From contig CAYQCW010000002.1 of NCBI GenBank assembly GCA_964416155.1, positions 108,748 through 172,747 on the forward strand: a stretch of 64,000 bases of DNA. The letters run 5' to 3'. The notes beneath the pieces were generated by a model. The model had not been told where the DNA came from. It saw only the letters and a list, made by a program, of their open reading frames with translations, and searched no databases. The position numbers were made by a program, and so were the translations under genes. Of this stretch, positions 18,723 to 27,947 are shown piece after piece. The stretch is from an uncultured Nitrososphaerota archaeon. Lineage in GTDB: Archaea > Thermoproteota > EX4484-205 > JAAOZP01. Each line of letters begins with the position of its first letter. Position 1 is the stretch's first letter.

Positions 18723-19562
18723 ATGGAGGAAATGTTAAGCAGGAAATGGTTGCTTGCGCTAAGCGTTATTTTCGTCGCAGCCACGGGTGTAAACCTGGCT
18801 CTACTCGCGGGAATATATCCTGCATTCATCAGCCAGCAGACTGGCTCGGAGTACCGCTTCAATATTGTCGAAGAAGGTTTTGCTAAAACCTCAGGTATCC
18901 CCGGCCCGCTGGATACTGCCCAGGCTGAGCAGCAGGTGAAGACGATAAGCGTGACCGGCACCGGCGTGGTTAAGGCTAGGCCCGACAGGGCGGTTTTAAG
19001 CCTCAGCGTGGTTACGCAGGCGGAAAGCGCAGGGGAAGCCATCTCTGAGAACGCGGATAAAATGGAACGTGTCATAAAAGCCGTTAGAACCATAGGGATA
19101 CTGGAGAATCAGACGGAAACATCCGAATACAGTCTGACCCCTATTTGGGAGTATCCTAAGGAAGGCGGCTCGCCCTGGATAGTTGGCTACACGTGTTCCA
19201 ACACTATAAGGGTCACTGTTAAGAATTTAAACAGGGTTGGAGAGGTGATTGATACGGCGGTTACGGCTGGTGTAAACCAGGTTTCCTCGCTTCAATTCAC
19301 GATTTCCGACGAGGCGATGCGCCAACTCGGATTGAATGCTCTGAGCCTTGCTGTGAAAGACGCCTCCTCTAAAGCCAGTACGATAGCTGCCGCAGCTGGA
19401 GTAACGCTGGTCGGCCCAGTTTCAATAAGCCTCTCCTGGTACTCTCCGTATGTTAAAAGCTACGCCTTTGAATCCGTAATGGGAAGTGTTACGACACCGA
19501 TAATTTCACCGGAGGAGATCAGCGTAACCGTGAGCGTTTCAGCGATTTACGAATTTAAATAA
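18723..19562 (+). CDS. SIMPL (DUF541) domain protein, membrane-anchored
   Basis: TISVTGTGVVKARPDRA, GEVIDTAVTAGVN, AVKDASSKA; N-terminal TM. Confidence 0.9.
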   Translation: MEEMLSRKWLLALSVIFVAATGVNLALLAGIYPAFISQQTGSEYRFNIVEEGFAKTSGIPGPLDTAQAEQQVKTISVTGTGVVKARPDRAVLSLSVVTQAESAGEAISENADKMERVIKAVRTIGILENQTETSEYSLTPIWEYPKEGGSPWIVGYTCSNTIRVTVKNLNRVGEVIDTAVTAGVNQVSSLQFTISDEAMRQLGLNALSLAVKDASSKASTIAAAAGVTLVGPVSISLSWYSPYVKSYAFESVMGSVTTPIISPEEISVTVSVSAIYEFK

Positions 19563-19605
19563 AAAGTTTAAGAACTTTTTAAACACTTAATCAGCGTGCT
19601 GCTCG

Positions 19606-20061
19606 TTGAGCGAGGAGGAGCTCGAGTATAAGCTGCGCGGTAAGACGCTTCAAGTCTACCTCTACCTGATAAGGTCTGGCGGGGATGATAGCTACGGCGT
19701 AAGGGAGGTTCAGAGGACACTGGGCTTCAAGAGCCCGAGCATAGCATCATACCATCTTGAAAAGTTGAGGGAACTGGGTCTGCTCATTAAGGATGAGAGG
19801 GGGGATTATCGTGTCGCTAAAGAGGTTAACATAGGGTTGTTGAAGCTCTACATTAAGATAGGGGAGCTTAGAATGCCGAGATTCCTACTGTACGCTTGCT
19901 TCATAACCAGCATGGTGGCGACATACCTACTGGTTTATCCTCAGACATTCAGCCCACATAATCTTTTTGCACTACTGGTTAGCTTCTCTTCGCTCATAAT
20001 ACTCTGGGGCGAGACCTTCCTGATAATGAGGGAAACAAGGTCTAAAACTTTGAAAAAATAG
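19606..20061 (+). CDS. Winged-HTH protein with two C-terminal TM helices (membrane-bound regulator)
   Basis: GVREVQRTLGFKSPSIASYHLEKLRELGL followed by two hydrophobic segments. Confidence 0.8.
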   Translation: MSEEELEYKLRGKTLQVYLYLIRSGGDDSYGVREVQRTLGFKSPSIASYHLEKLRELGLLIKDERGDYRVAKEVNIGLLKLYIKIGELRMPRFLLYACFITSMVATYLLVYPQTFSPHNLFALLVSFSSLIILWGETFLIMRETRSKTLKK

Positions 20062-20224
20062 CTATTTTTCACTAGGAACCCGATGTGCGAGCCGACCAAT
20101 AGGCTTGAAAAAAAGAGTATTTTAAACCCGTCGAGCCGTCATGGTGAGACATGGCATCTCCAATATGCACGTTTTAACAGAAACCATTAATATGAGAAGC
20201 AGAGGTCCCATACGGGTGAATAGG

Positions 20225-22168
20225 ATGCCGAAGAAACACTACGGTTTCCAATCGGCAGACATATCTTCTCCAGATGGGCAGATCCTTGTAAAAATAACCA
20301 TTAGGGAAAGAATCGAGCCCTATCCCTCTGGTAAACGCCTCTACTACTCTATCTCCTTCAAGGGAAGGGAGATACTGGTTGACTCACCGCTGGCCATGGA
20401 TTTTAAGGACGCATCACCCCTTGCCAGGAACCTTGTTTTAATCAGGAGGGAGGAGAAGACTATTAACGAGAAATGGCAGGCGGTGCACGGCAAGTCCAAG
20501 AGCATCCTGAACCTATGCAACGAGCTACACCTTTGGCTTAAGGAGGAAGAGGAGCCAGGCAGGAGGCTGGAGCTTTTTTTCCGCGCATACAATGACGGCG
20601 TCGCATTCCGCTATTTTCTCCCGAGGCAACCTAAGATGAAGAGTTTCAAGCTGACTAATGAGCGCTCAGAGTTCCACTTCGCGTCAAACCATACCGTTTG
20701 GGCAGCCGACTATGGATCGTATATCTCGCCCCAGGAAGGCATATTCGAGAAGAAGAGCCTTGGGCAAATAACACCTTCTTCAACAATAGGGCTACCCCTG
20801 CTTATTAAAGTTGACGAATCCAGATGGGTTGCGATTACTGAAGCAAACATAACAGACTGGGCCGGAATGTATCTTACTGGGACAGGCGTTAACCCTTATG
20901 CTCTTGTTTCAACCCTCGCCCCTAGGCTCGACGAGCTCGGGGTGCTGGTCAGCTCCACAACCCCCCATCACTCGCCGTGGAGAGTCATCATGATAGGGCA
21001 GAGGCCTGGAGACCTGATTGAGTCGAACATAATACTGAATCTTAACGAGCCATGTGTAATCAGAGACACGTCTTGGCTAAAGCCGGGTAAGGCTGCTTGG
21101 AACTGGTGGTGCGGAGGATATATTCCTGACGCGAAGTTTAAAGTCGGCATGAACACTGAGACCATGAAGTACTTTATCGAGTTTGCAGCTGAAATGGGTT
21201 TCGGATACATGGTTGTCGACGTTGGCTGGTATGGGGAACCTAACAAGCCGGAGGCTGATGTCACTAAGCCTATTCCTGGGCTGAATATTCACGAGATCAT
21301 CAGGTTTGCCGACGAGAAGAATGTTAAGATTATAGTCTGGCTTGACTGGAGGGATGTTGAGAGAAAGATTGACGAAGCCTTCCAGCTTTACGAGAAATGG
21401 GGAATTGCAGGAGTCAAAATAGACTATATGGACCGCGACGACCAGGAGATGGTTAACTTCTACCATAGGGTTGTTAAGAAGGCCGCTGAACACCGTCTTC
21501 TCGTAGAATTCCACGGGGCTTACAAGCCGGATGGTTTACAAAGAACCTATCCGAACCTAATAACCCGTGAGGGAGTTCTAGGCAACGAGTATAACAAATG
21601 GAGTTCGCTGGTTTCCCCAGAACACAGCGTGACAATACCCTTCACGAGGATGCTTGCTGGACCCATGGACTTTACACCAGGAGGTTTTCGTCATACGACC
21701 AAGGCGACTTTTAGACCTCAGGACAAGGGCCCGTTCGTAATGGGTACGAGATGTCACCAGCTTGCTATGTTCGTTGTCTATGAGAGCCCGCTGCAAGTCG
21801 TTTGTGACTCACCCTACAATTACCGGGGGCAGCCCGGCCTAGATTTTCTAAGGATAGTTCCAACAACGTGGGATGAAACTAGGTTTTTAAACGGCGAGGT
21901 TGGGGAATACATAACCATCGTGAGAAAACATGGTTCAGACTGGTTCGTAGGAAGCATGACGAACTGGGAGCCTAGGGAAATAAAAATACCGTTGGGATTC
22001 CTGGGAGATGGAAAGTATGTGGCTCACGTTTTTGAAGATGCTCCGGAAGCTGATGATTTCCCGGATAGGGTTTGCGAGAAAAGGTTTGAGGTAACGTCTA
22101 AAGATATCTTGGCGGCGAGAATGGCCTCCGGTGGGGGTTACGTAGCTCACATATTTAGCGTGCATTAA
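20225..22168 (+). CDS. Glycoside hydrolase family 97 (retaining-type motif)
   Basis: FRAYNDGVAFRY, PWRVIMI, GVKIDYMD, REGVLGNEY, PFTRMLAGPMDFTPG; GGGTGA RBS before ATG 20225. Confidence 0.93.
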   Translation: MPKKHYGFQSADISSPDGQILVKITIRERIEPYPSGKRLYYSISFKGREILVDSPLAMDFKDASPLARNLVLIRREEKTINEKWQAVHGKSKSILNLCNELHLWLKEEEEPGRRLELFFRAYNDGVAFRYFLPRQPKMKSFKLTNERSEFHFASNHTVWAADYGSYISPQEGIFEKKSLGQITPSSTIGLPLLIKVDESRWVAITEANITDWAGMYLTGTGVNPYALVSTLAPRLDELGVLVSSTTPHHSPWRVIMIGQRPGDLIESNIILNLNEPCVIRDTSWLKPGKAAWNWWCGGYIPDAKFKVGMNTETMKYFIEFAAEMGFGYMVVDVGWYGEPNKPEADVTKPIPGLNIHEIIRFADEKNVKIIVWLDWRDVERKIDEAFQLYEKWGIAGVKIDYMDRDDQEMVNFYHRVVKKAAEHRLLVEFHGAYKPDGLQRTYPNLITREGVLGNEYNKWSSLVSPEHSVTIPFTRMLAGPMDFTPGGFRHTTKATFRPQDKGPFVMGTRCHQLAMFVVYESPLQVVCDSPYNYRGQPGLDFLRIVPTTWDETRFLNGEVGEYITIVRKHGSDWFVGSMTNWEPREIKIPLGFLGDGKYVAHVFEDAPEADDFPDRVCEKRFEVTSKDILAARMASGGGYVAHIFSVH

Positions 22169-22334
22169 AGGGAAAGACGGGAATTGATTAAAAAAGAGAA
22201 AATCCAGAATATGAATATTAAAACAGCCGAGAAAAAGAGCTCTTAAAATTCTTCACAGCAGGGAGCTCCATGTAAGACCTCCGGCAAATGTTGATTCGGA
22301 AAAGCTAAAAACACCTATTGTTGGAGAATGAGCC

Positions 22335-23147
22335 ATGTGCAGGCTCCTCGGGGCAATTTTCACTGAAAACCGCAGTATTGAGCATCATCTTTTAAACTCG
22401 GAGTGTTCCCTCTTCACCCAAGCATTTAAAGGCAGGCAGTCAGACGGCTGGGGCATAGGCTTCTACCCTAGAGGGAGCAGCCCAATAGTCTTCAAAAGCG
22501 ATAAGCCTGTTTACGAGGATAGAGAAGAGTTTGAGAAGGCCGCTAAAGCTGCCAAGGGTAGGATAATCATCGCGCACGTGAGAAAAGCAAGCAACCCAAA
22601 GGGGCTGGCGCCAGAAATGCTCATATCGCTTGAAAACTCTCAGCCTTTCAACCATTCAAAATATGTTTTCGCGCATAACGGTACGATCAATATTCCTGAC
22701 GAGGTTTCAAGGAGGCTAGGCCCCTATGCGAGTCTAATAAAAGGGCGAAACGATAGTGAGGTATACTTCTACCTGCTACTCAGCCTTATCGAAAAAGAGG
22801 GTGATGTGATAACTGCCTTCAGAAAGGTGGAGCAGACACTTAGGGAAATATTTGCAGAGGAGAAGGTCAGCAGGTTTGAGGCCCCGTTCACGAGTTTGAA
22901 CACAATACTCTCAGATGGCAGCAAGCTCTACGCCTTCACGAGATACCTGTATAATCTTGGTCCATCAACGTGCTATGGAGATGCACCAGTGTACGAGATG
23001 CGTTTCAAAATTAACACCGATCACCTTGTAGTCGCGTCTGAGAAAACAGTGAGGGGAAACTGGGTTCCGTTGAAAAACAATAATTTACTCGTATGCTGGG
23101 CTGATGGAGGAGAATTAAGATATAGAGTGGTGGATTTCAACGTTTAA
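22335..23147 (+). CDS. Class II glutamine amidotransferase (YafJ/EgtC-like)
   Basis: N-terminal MCRLLG, DGWGIGFY, AHVRKAS, FAHNGTI, NDSE. Confidence 0.88.
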   Translation: MCRLLGAIFTENRSIEHHLLNSECSLFTQAFKGRQSDGWGIGFYPRGSSPIVFKSDKPVYEDREEFEKAAKAAKGRIIIAHVRKASNPKGLAPEMLISLENSQPFNHSKYVFAHNGTINIPDEVSRRLGPYASLIKGRNDSEVYFYLLLSLIEKEGDVITAFRKVEQTLREIFAEEKVSRFEAPFTSLNTILSDGSKLYAFTRYLYNLGPSTCYGDAPVYEMRFKINTDHLVVASEKTVRGNWVPLKNNNLLVCWADGGELRYRVVDFNV

Positions 23148-23162
23148 AGAGGAATATAGGCT

Positions 23163-24206
23163 TCAAAAAAGAAAAGGCTTAGGAACAATCCTCTTCAGAA
23201 GCCTTAATACCTCCCCACGCTTCCCCGCGAAAACCTCTATATCGTAATCAGCGTATGATACGAGGAAATCCTTGACTCTAGCAGCCGGCTTAAAGTGAAG
23301 CTCGATCTCCCCGAAACACAGGTCTGAGCCAGAATTGTAGGACTGAACACATCCCTTCGGACCAACTGGGTCGGCCTTCGCCACGTCGAGACACTCCTCC
23401 TGGCTAACCGGAGCCATCATGGTCCTCATGGATATGAGGAAAACCTCATTCTTCCCGTGCTCCGCATAATACAGTATTCTCGAGCAGCCTGGCTGAGGAA
23501 TATCCTCCGGAGCTATGCCCAGCTTATAGATGGCGGCACCATCTATCTTAAACGAAACATGGTTGCTGGAGACCCTTAGCCTGTCTCCCGGTATTTTCCC
23601 GAAGTAGTGTATGGGCTTAGCGCCTCTGCGCGTAGGAACAATTATTGTGCCACTCCTACTCTCCCCGGGACGCACCTGTGTTAAAGACCAAAGGTTTACC
23701 CCGTTTTTCACCTCCCCCCTAGCCGCCATAGCATCCCTGACCCTAAGCCCCACATACTCCAAACCCTTCCTAACGCTTTCGCCACGGATCGATATTTGCC
23801 TTGAAAAGGATAGGTAGATCTTGGTTTGGCTCGCGAAGTCCTCTAGCTCCGCGTCCCCGTCGAGATTTACGCTTTTCCCACTGGAGCTAACGATTGACCA
23901 GCCTCCCGGGTCGAGTGAAGACTGGCACAGCCACTCTTCGAAGCCGTCAGGCCTTCGATAGTAGAATCTTCTCTCAGGAGAAACCCAAAGCCTGTTCCCC
24001 CCGATGTTCCATTCCCCACCGCTTATTACTCCCGGCAGATTCTTCGAAACCCAGAAGGGGTTTTGCCTATTGCCGACGAATACGCCAAGTATTCTGGCAC
24101 CGTACTGTGTAACTATTGCTGAACCCACGTCAGTCTCCAACACAACGGTCTTAGTTAATCCTTCTAAAGCGGAGAGAAGCTTCTCCCTTTGTTTCCGGCT
24201 GGACAT
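23163..24206 (-). CDS. Conserved hypothetical protein (DUF6786-like beta-rich fold)
   Basis: YGARILGV, WNIGGNRLWVSPE, VQSYNSG..FGEIELH patterns, recognised from memory. Confidence 0.55.
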   Translation of the reverse strand: MSSRKQREKLLSALEGLTKTVVLETDVGSAIVTQYGARILGVFVGNRQNPFWVSKNLPGVISGGEWNIGGNRLWVSPERRFYYRRPDGFEEWLCQSSLDPGGWSIVSSSGKSVNLDGDAELEDFASQTKIYLSFSRQISIRGESVRKGLEYVGLRVRDAMAARGEVKNGVNLWSLTQVRPGESRSGTIIVPTRRGAKPIHYFGKIPGDRLRVSSNHVSFKIDGAAIYKLGIAPEDIPQPGCSRILYYAEHGKNEVFLISMRTMMAPVSQEECLDVAKADPVGPKGCVQSYNSGSDLCFGEIELHFKPAARVKDFLVSYADYDIEVFAGKRGEVLRLLKRIVPKPFLF

Positions 24207-24318
24207 TTCGAATATTTCCGATCAGATGATGGAAAATAAGTCTTTAGCCGGTTCACTCCTAACGAGTATTGTTCTAAAAAATAGCATTATATACCCCTAG
24301 GCTAGTTGGGTAAGCATT

Positions 24319-25149
24319 ATGAACGGGTTGAAACTGAAAGTTTTTGTAGGGGTGCTGGTGATGCTGGCTGCTGCAACAGTCATTATAATCGCTTTTCAAA
24401 GAAAGCCTGAGAAAATGATGGAATTAACGGTTTCAGGCGGTTTTTGGGCCAAGCATGAAAAATACGGGTACTATTCTAACGGGACCATCATCTTCGAAGA
24501 CCTTGCTAGGAACAAAAGCGGCTCCTCAGTAATATCGATTTCAACAAACGACGAATTGCTGCGCAGGATGAAAACTCTTCTCGAAGCGTACCCGGATGGC
24601 TTTAAACTTGAGCCTGGAAGTGGGGCAGACTATTTCATTTACAACCTGATTATTTACAGCAATGGGAGGACAGTAACCTATTATTGGACGGATGTTGGCG
24701 GAGAACTGCCTGGAGAACTCTACTACCTTGCCAGCCTGCTACGCGAATTGAACAGTTTCGCATCAGGATCCTCGAAAATAGTTTTCTATTTGAAGACAGA
24801 TAGGCTGGTTGTCGACAAGGGTGAAACGTTGAAAATACTTGCGGTAGCTTTCAACCCTGCGCAGGAGGATTTCACCTATGCTTCCCCAACGCCATGCAGC
24901 CCGGATTTCAAAATACGTCTTCAGGCTCCGAGTGGCGGGATAACCCAGCTCTACCCGGTTGGCCATGATCCTGAAAAACCATGTATACAGGTTATTCAAA
25001 ACCGTGTTTTAAAAGCAGGCGGAACAATCGAATCCGAATACAACTATGCTTTCAACGAGGAGGGCATCTATGTTTTAGAAGCCTTTTTCCCGTATGCTGA
25101 GTGGAGTGAAACCAGATACACTTATACGCTTACGGTCTTAGTAAAATAG
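24319..25149 (+). CDS. Membrane-anchored extracellular protein with C-terminal Ig-like (BsuPI-like) domain
   Basis: N-terminal TM; C-terminal LKTDR..GETLKI..FNP...CIQV...LKAG...EGIYVLEA pattern. Confidence 0.55.
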   Translation: MNGLKLKVFVGVLVMLAAATVIIIAFQRKPEKMMELTVSGGFWAKHEKYGYYSNGTIIFEDLARNKSGSSVISISTNDELLRRMKTLLEAYPDGFKLEPGSGADYFIYNLIIYSNGRTVTYYWTDVGGELPGELYYLASLLRELNSFASGSSKIVFYLKTDRLVVDKGETLKILAVAFNPAQEDFTYASPTPCSPDFKIRLQAPSGGITQLYPVGHDPEKPCIQVIQNRVLKAGGTIESEYNYAFNEEGIYVLEAFFPYAEWSETRYTYTLTVLVK

Positions 25150-25278
25150 GTAGCTGCCTAACCCATCCGGATTCAACTTCATAAACCCGGCTGCCCATTT
25201 CAAGCGCGCGCTTTCAAACATGTCGATTGATTAAAACCTAAATATGATGCTACACATAAGGGTTAAATGGTGGTTAGG

Positions 25279-25467
25279 ATGCCGGTGGTTATAGTTGAAA
25301 TGTGGGAGGGCCGTTCAGAGGAGCAGAAGGAGAAGCTTATAAAAGGGATAACGAGAGCCTTCGAGGAGATAGGGGTTAAACCGGAGTGGCTTAACATAAT
25401 AATCCACGATGTCCCGAGGAGCAACTGGGGACTTAATGGCCAACAGGCTTCTAAGATAAATCCTTAG
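25279..25467 (+). CDS. 4-oxalocrotonate tautomerase family protein
   Basis: Catalytic Pro1 (M-PVVIVEMWEGRSEEQK) and NWGLNG. Confidence 0.92.
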   Translation: MPVVIVEMWEGRSEEQKEKLIKGITRAFEEIGVKPEWLNIIIHDVPRSNWGLNGQQASKINP

Positions 25468-25474
25468 GGAAACG

Positions 25475-25960
25475 GTGTGTCGATTGACCGAGACGCCAAG
25501 CATCGTCGAGCACATCAGGGGGTTGCCATCCGATGACACTGATGAGTTCCTAAAGAGGATTGTAGACAAGCTTAGGAGTTTTAGAAAACACTATGCTTGG
25601 GTCGGGATATACATGGTGGAAAACGGGTTCCTAGTGCTGCGCGCTTTTTCAGGCGTCGAGGAGACGAGCCACGTTAAGATAAGGGTGGGGGAGGGTGTTT
25701 GCGGCTTGGCTGCTCAGAAAGGCGAAACGATAATCGTTCCAGACGTCAGCAAGGAGGAAAGATACATTGAATGCTTCCCGTCCACCAGATCCGAAATCGT
25801 CGTCCCAATACTCCTTGGGAAGAAAGTAGCAGGAGAGATTGATGTAGACAGCGACCTGCTAAACGCGTTCGATGATGAAGACAGACTCCTGCTTGAAGAA
25901 GTTGCGAGAATAATTGCAGAAACGCTGGCAGCGAAAAAGTCCAGTAGAGCTAGTCCTTAA
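25475..25960 (+). CDS. GAF domain protein, free methionine-R-sulfoxide reductase-like
   Basis: WVGIY, GEGVCG, YIECF, SEIVVP, EIDVDS motifs. Confidence 0.82.
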   Translation: MCRLTETPSIVEHIRGLPSDDTDEFLKRIVDKLRSFRKHYAWVGIYMVENGFLVLRAFSGVEETSHVKIRVGEGVCGLAAQKGETIIVPDVSKEERYIECFPSTRSEIVVPILLGKKVAGEIDVDSDLLNAFDDEDRLLLEEVARIIAETLAAKKSSRASP

Positions 25961-26429
25961 CCAGGCGTGAAGCCAGCTCCGCCAGCCTCCTACCCATTCT
26001 TCTACATAGCTCTAAGTCTTCTTCACCAGGCTTCCCAACGCAGGCAACCCCATAGTGCTTGTCCTCCGTATCCCCCTGAATAATCATACCGTGGACGAGC
26101 AGGGCTTGCAGTATCGACATGATGGTTGTTTCAGCCCCTGTTGCACTTCCCCCAGAGGATGTAAAGGCACCACCAATCTTTCCTTCAAGCTTCCCATGAA
26201 TCTTAATGCTTTCATCCAAAAGACTTTTCACAGGGGCTGCCATCAACCCGTAGTAGGTTGGGGATCCAACTATTATAACGTCCGACTCCACCAAGTCTTC
26301 CAAAGAGGTTTCCTCAACCCGCTTAAGCATGGCAATGACCTCCTTAACCTCCTTCGCCCCCTCGGCCACGGCTCTCGCCATACTTTCCGTGTTTCCAGTT
26401 TTAGAGTAGTAGGTCACCAACACCCTCAT
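25950..26429 (-). CDS. Flavodoxin-like NAD(P)H:quinone oxidoreductase (WrbA family)
   Basis: YYSKTGNT, GSPTYYG, AFTSSGG..GAETT; start set at ATG 26429. Confidence 0.88.
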   Translation of the reverse strand: MRVLVTYYSKTGNTESMARAVAEGAKEVKEVIAMLKRVEETSLEDLVESDVIIVGSPTYYGLMAAPVKSLLDESIKIHGKLEGKIGGAFTSSGGSATGAETTIMSILQALLVHGMIIQGDTEDKHYGVACVGKPGEEDLELCRRMGRRLAELASRLVKD

Positions 26430-26649
26430 GCTCAACCAACCGTAACTAATAGCAGAATCCGAAATATTAAGTTTTATCTCACGCTCCAGATTATGTGAGC
26501 ACGATAGCAGTACTCGCCGCAACCCTATCGAGAAGCTTAGTCTGAAGAAGTGGTTTAGGGTTAGAATCTACCTTAACGATACTCGTTCGACTAGACCTAC
26601 TTCTAAAGACGTCTAGAAGCCTTATAAGGCACAATAGTGCTGAGAGCGT

Positions 26650-27778
26650 ATGAAGAATGATTTGCACCAAAACTATATAATTATAAGAAGGGATTTTCAA
26701 CACTTAGCATTAGAGGGTTCTAGTTACGAGGTTGGATGGCAGCAGGAAGAGTTCTTAAAAGACAGAGCCCGGAATTGGCAAAATGGTTCTCCGCAGAGGT
26801 TAACTCAAGTAAGCTTGGTTTCAGCAGCTTCGAGGAACTACAGTCTTTCTACGAGGAAAATTGCCCAGGTATTACTGACGAGATACAGGGTTTGGCTGAC
26901 AACCTTGGAGTCAGGCCTGAAAAACTCCGAATCTATAATCCCCCGGTATATCAGCCCGGTAACTGCAGCCAAATAGCTGTTCTGTCCTCATCAACCCGTG
27001 ATAAACACATCTATGTGGGGAGAAGCTACGAGTACCATCACGAGATGAATGATTTCCGCCTATGCACTGTCAGGATCAAGGGAAGGGTGAAGCACATGGG
27101 TTTCACGGAATACCTTCTCGGTCGAGATGATGGAATGAATCAACACGGGCTGTGCGTCACCTTTGCAGGATGCGGCGTCTTCAAGAGAGAGCCTGTGAGA
27201 AGAGGGTTCAACTTCTTCTTGGTAGTTAGAACTCTTTTAGACAATTGTATAGCGGTAGACGAGGCAGTAGAATGCTTGCAGAAAATGCCGGTTGGGGGTT
27301 TAGCTTGTTACGGACAGAAATGGCAACGCGGCTTTAGCACAGTTCTTTGACGGAGAGTACGCGATTAAAAGAATAGGTTCTGGATCAGCAGAACAATTCT
27401 TGGTTTCAACCAGCCACTATTTCCTGCCGGAGATGGTGAAACATCAGGAGTACCTGGCGATTGGATCCTGAGGAACTCTAAGAGGAGGTTTGAACTGATT
27501 AGTGAGCGGTTGAAAAAGGCATCGCCCAACGTTATTAGAGAAACAGTCAGAGATACTTTCAAAGGAAATATATGAAGGGGTCTGTGGACATTACTACACC
27601 GATTATTTCGGAACCCTGTTTTCAGTAATTTACGATTTAACCGACCTTAAGGCAGAAGTGTTTCGGTGCCCCGACCCATAACGATTGGCGGGGGCCCTTC
27701 TCGCTTGATGACCCTATTGGATTGAATAAATATACAGCAATTCTACCTGACAAGTCGATCAAGCTGGATGAGCTTTAG
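26650..27778 (+). pseudogene. Frameshifted C45-family (Ntn-hydrolase) peptidase/acyltransferase
   Basis: Successive frames join into one protein: LEGSSYEVG / CPGITDEIQGLA..NCSQIAV..GRSYEY..DGMNQHGL / LVTDRNGNAAL / NSKRRFELI / CGHYYTDYFGTLFS / FGAPTHN...stop at 27778; at least 5 frameshifts. Confidence 0.8.
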
Positions 27779-27947
27779 GATTACCAATACGAGTACCGCA
27801 CGCCTAAGTATCAGGGCTAAATAAGCATACTGCTTTCTATACTTTACCTTATCGGAGTTTCAAACTTGAACCTTTCAATAAATAAGACGACTGTAAAAAA
27901 AAGTTTTGAAAAATCTGCATTCAAACATTTTACAGCAATTCCATACT

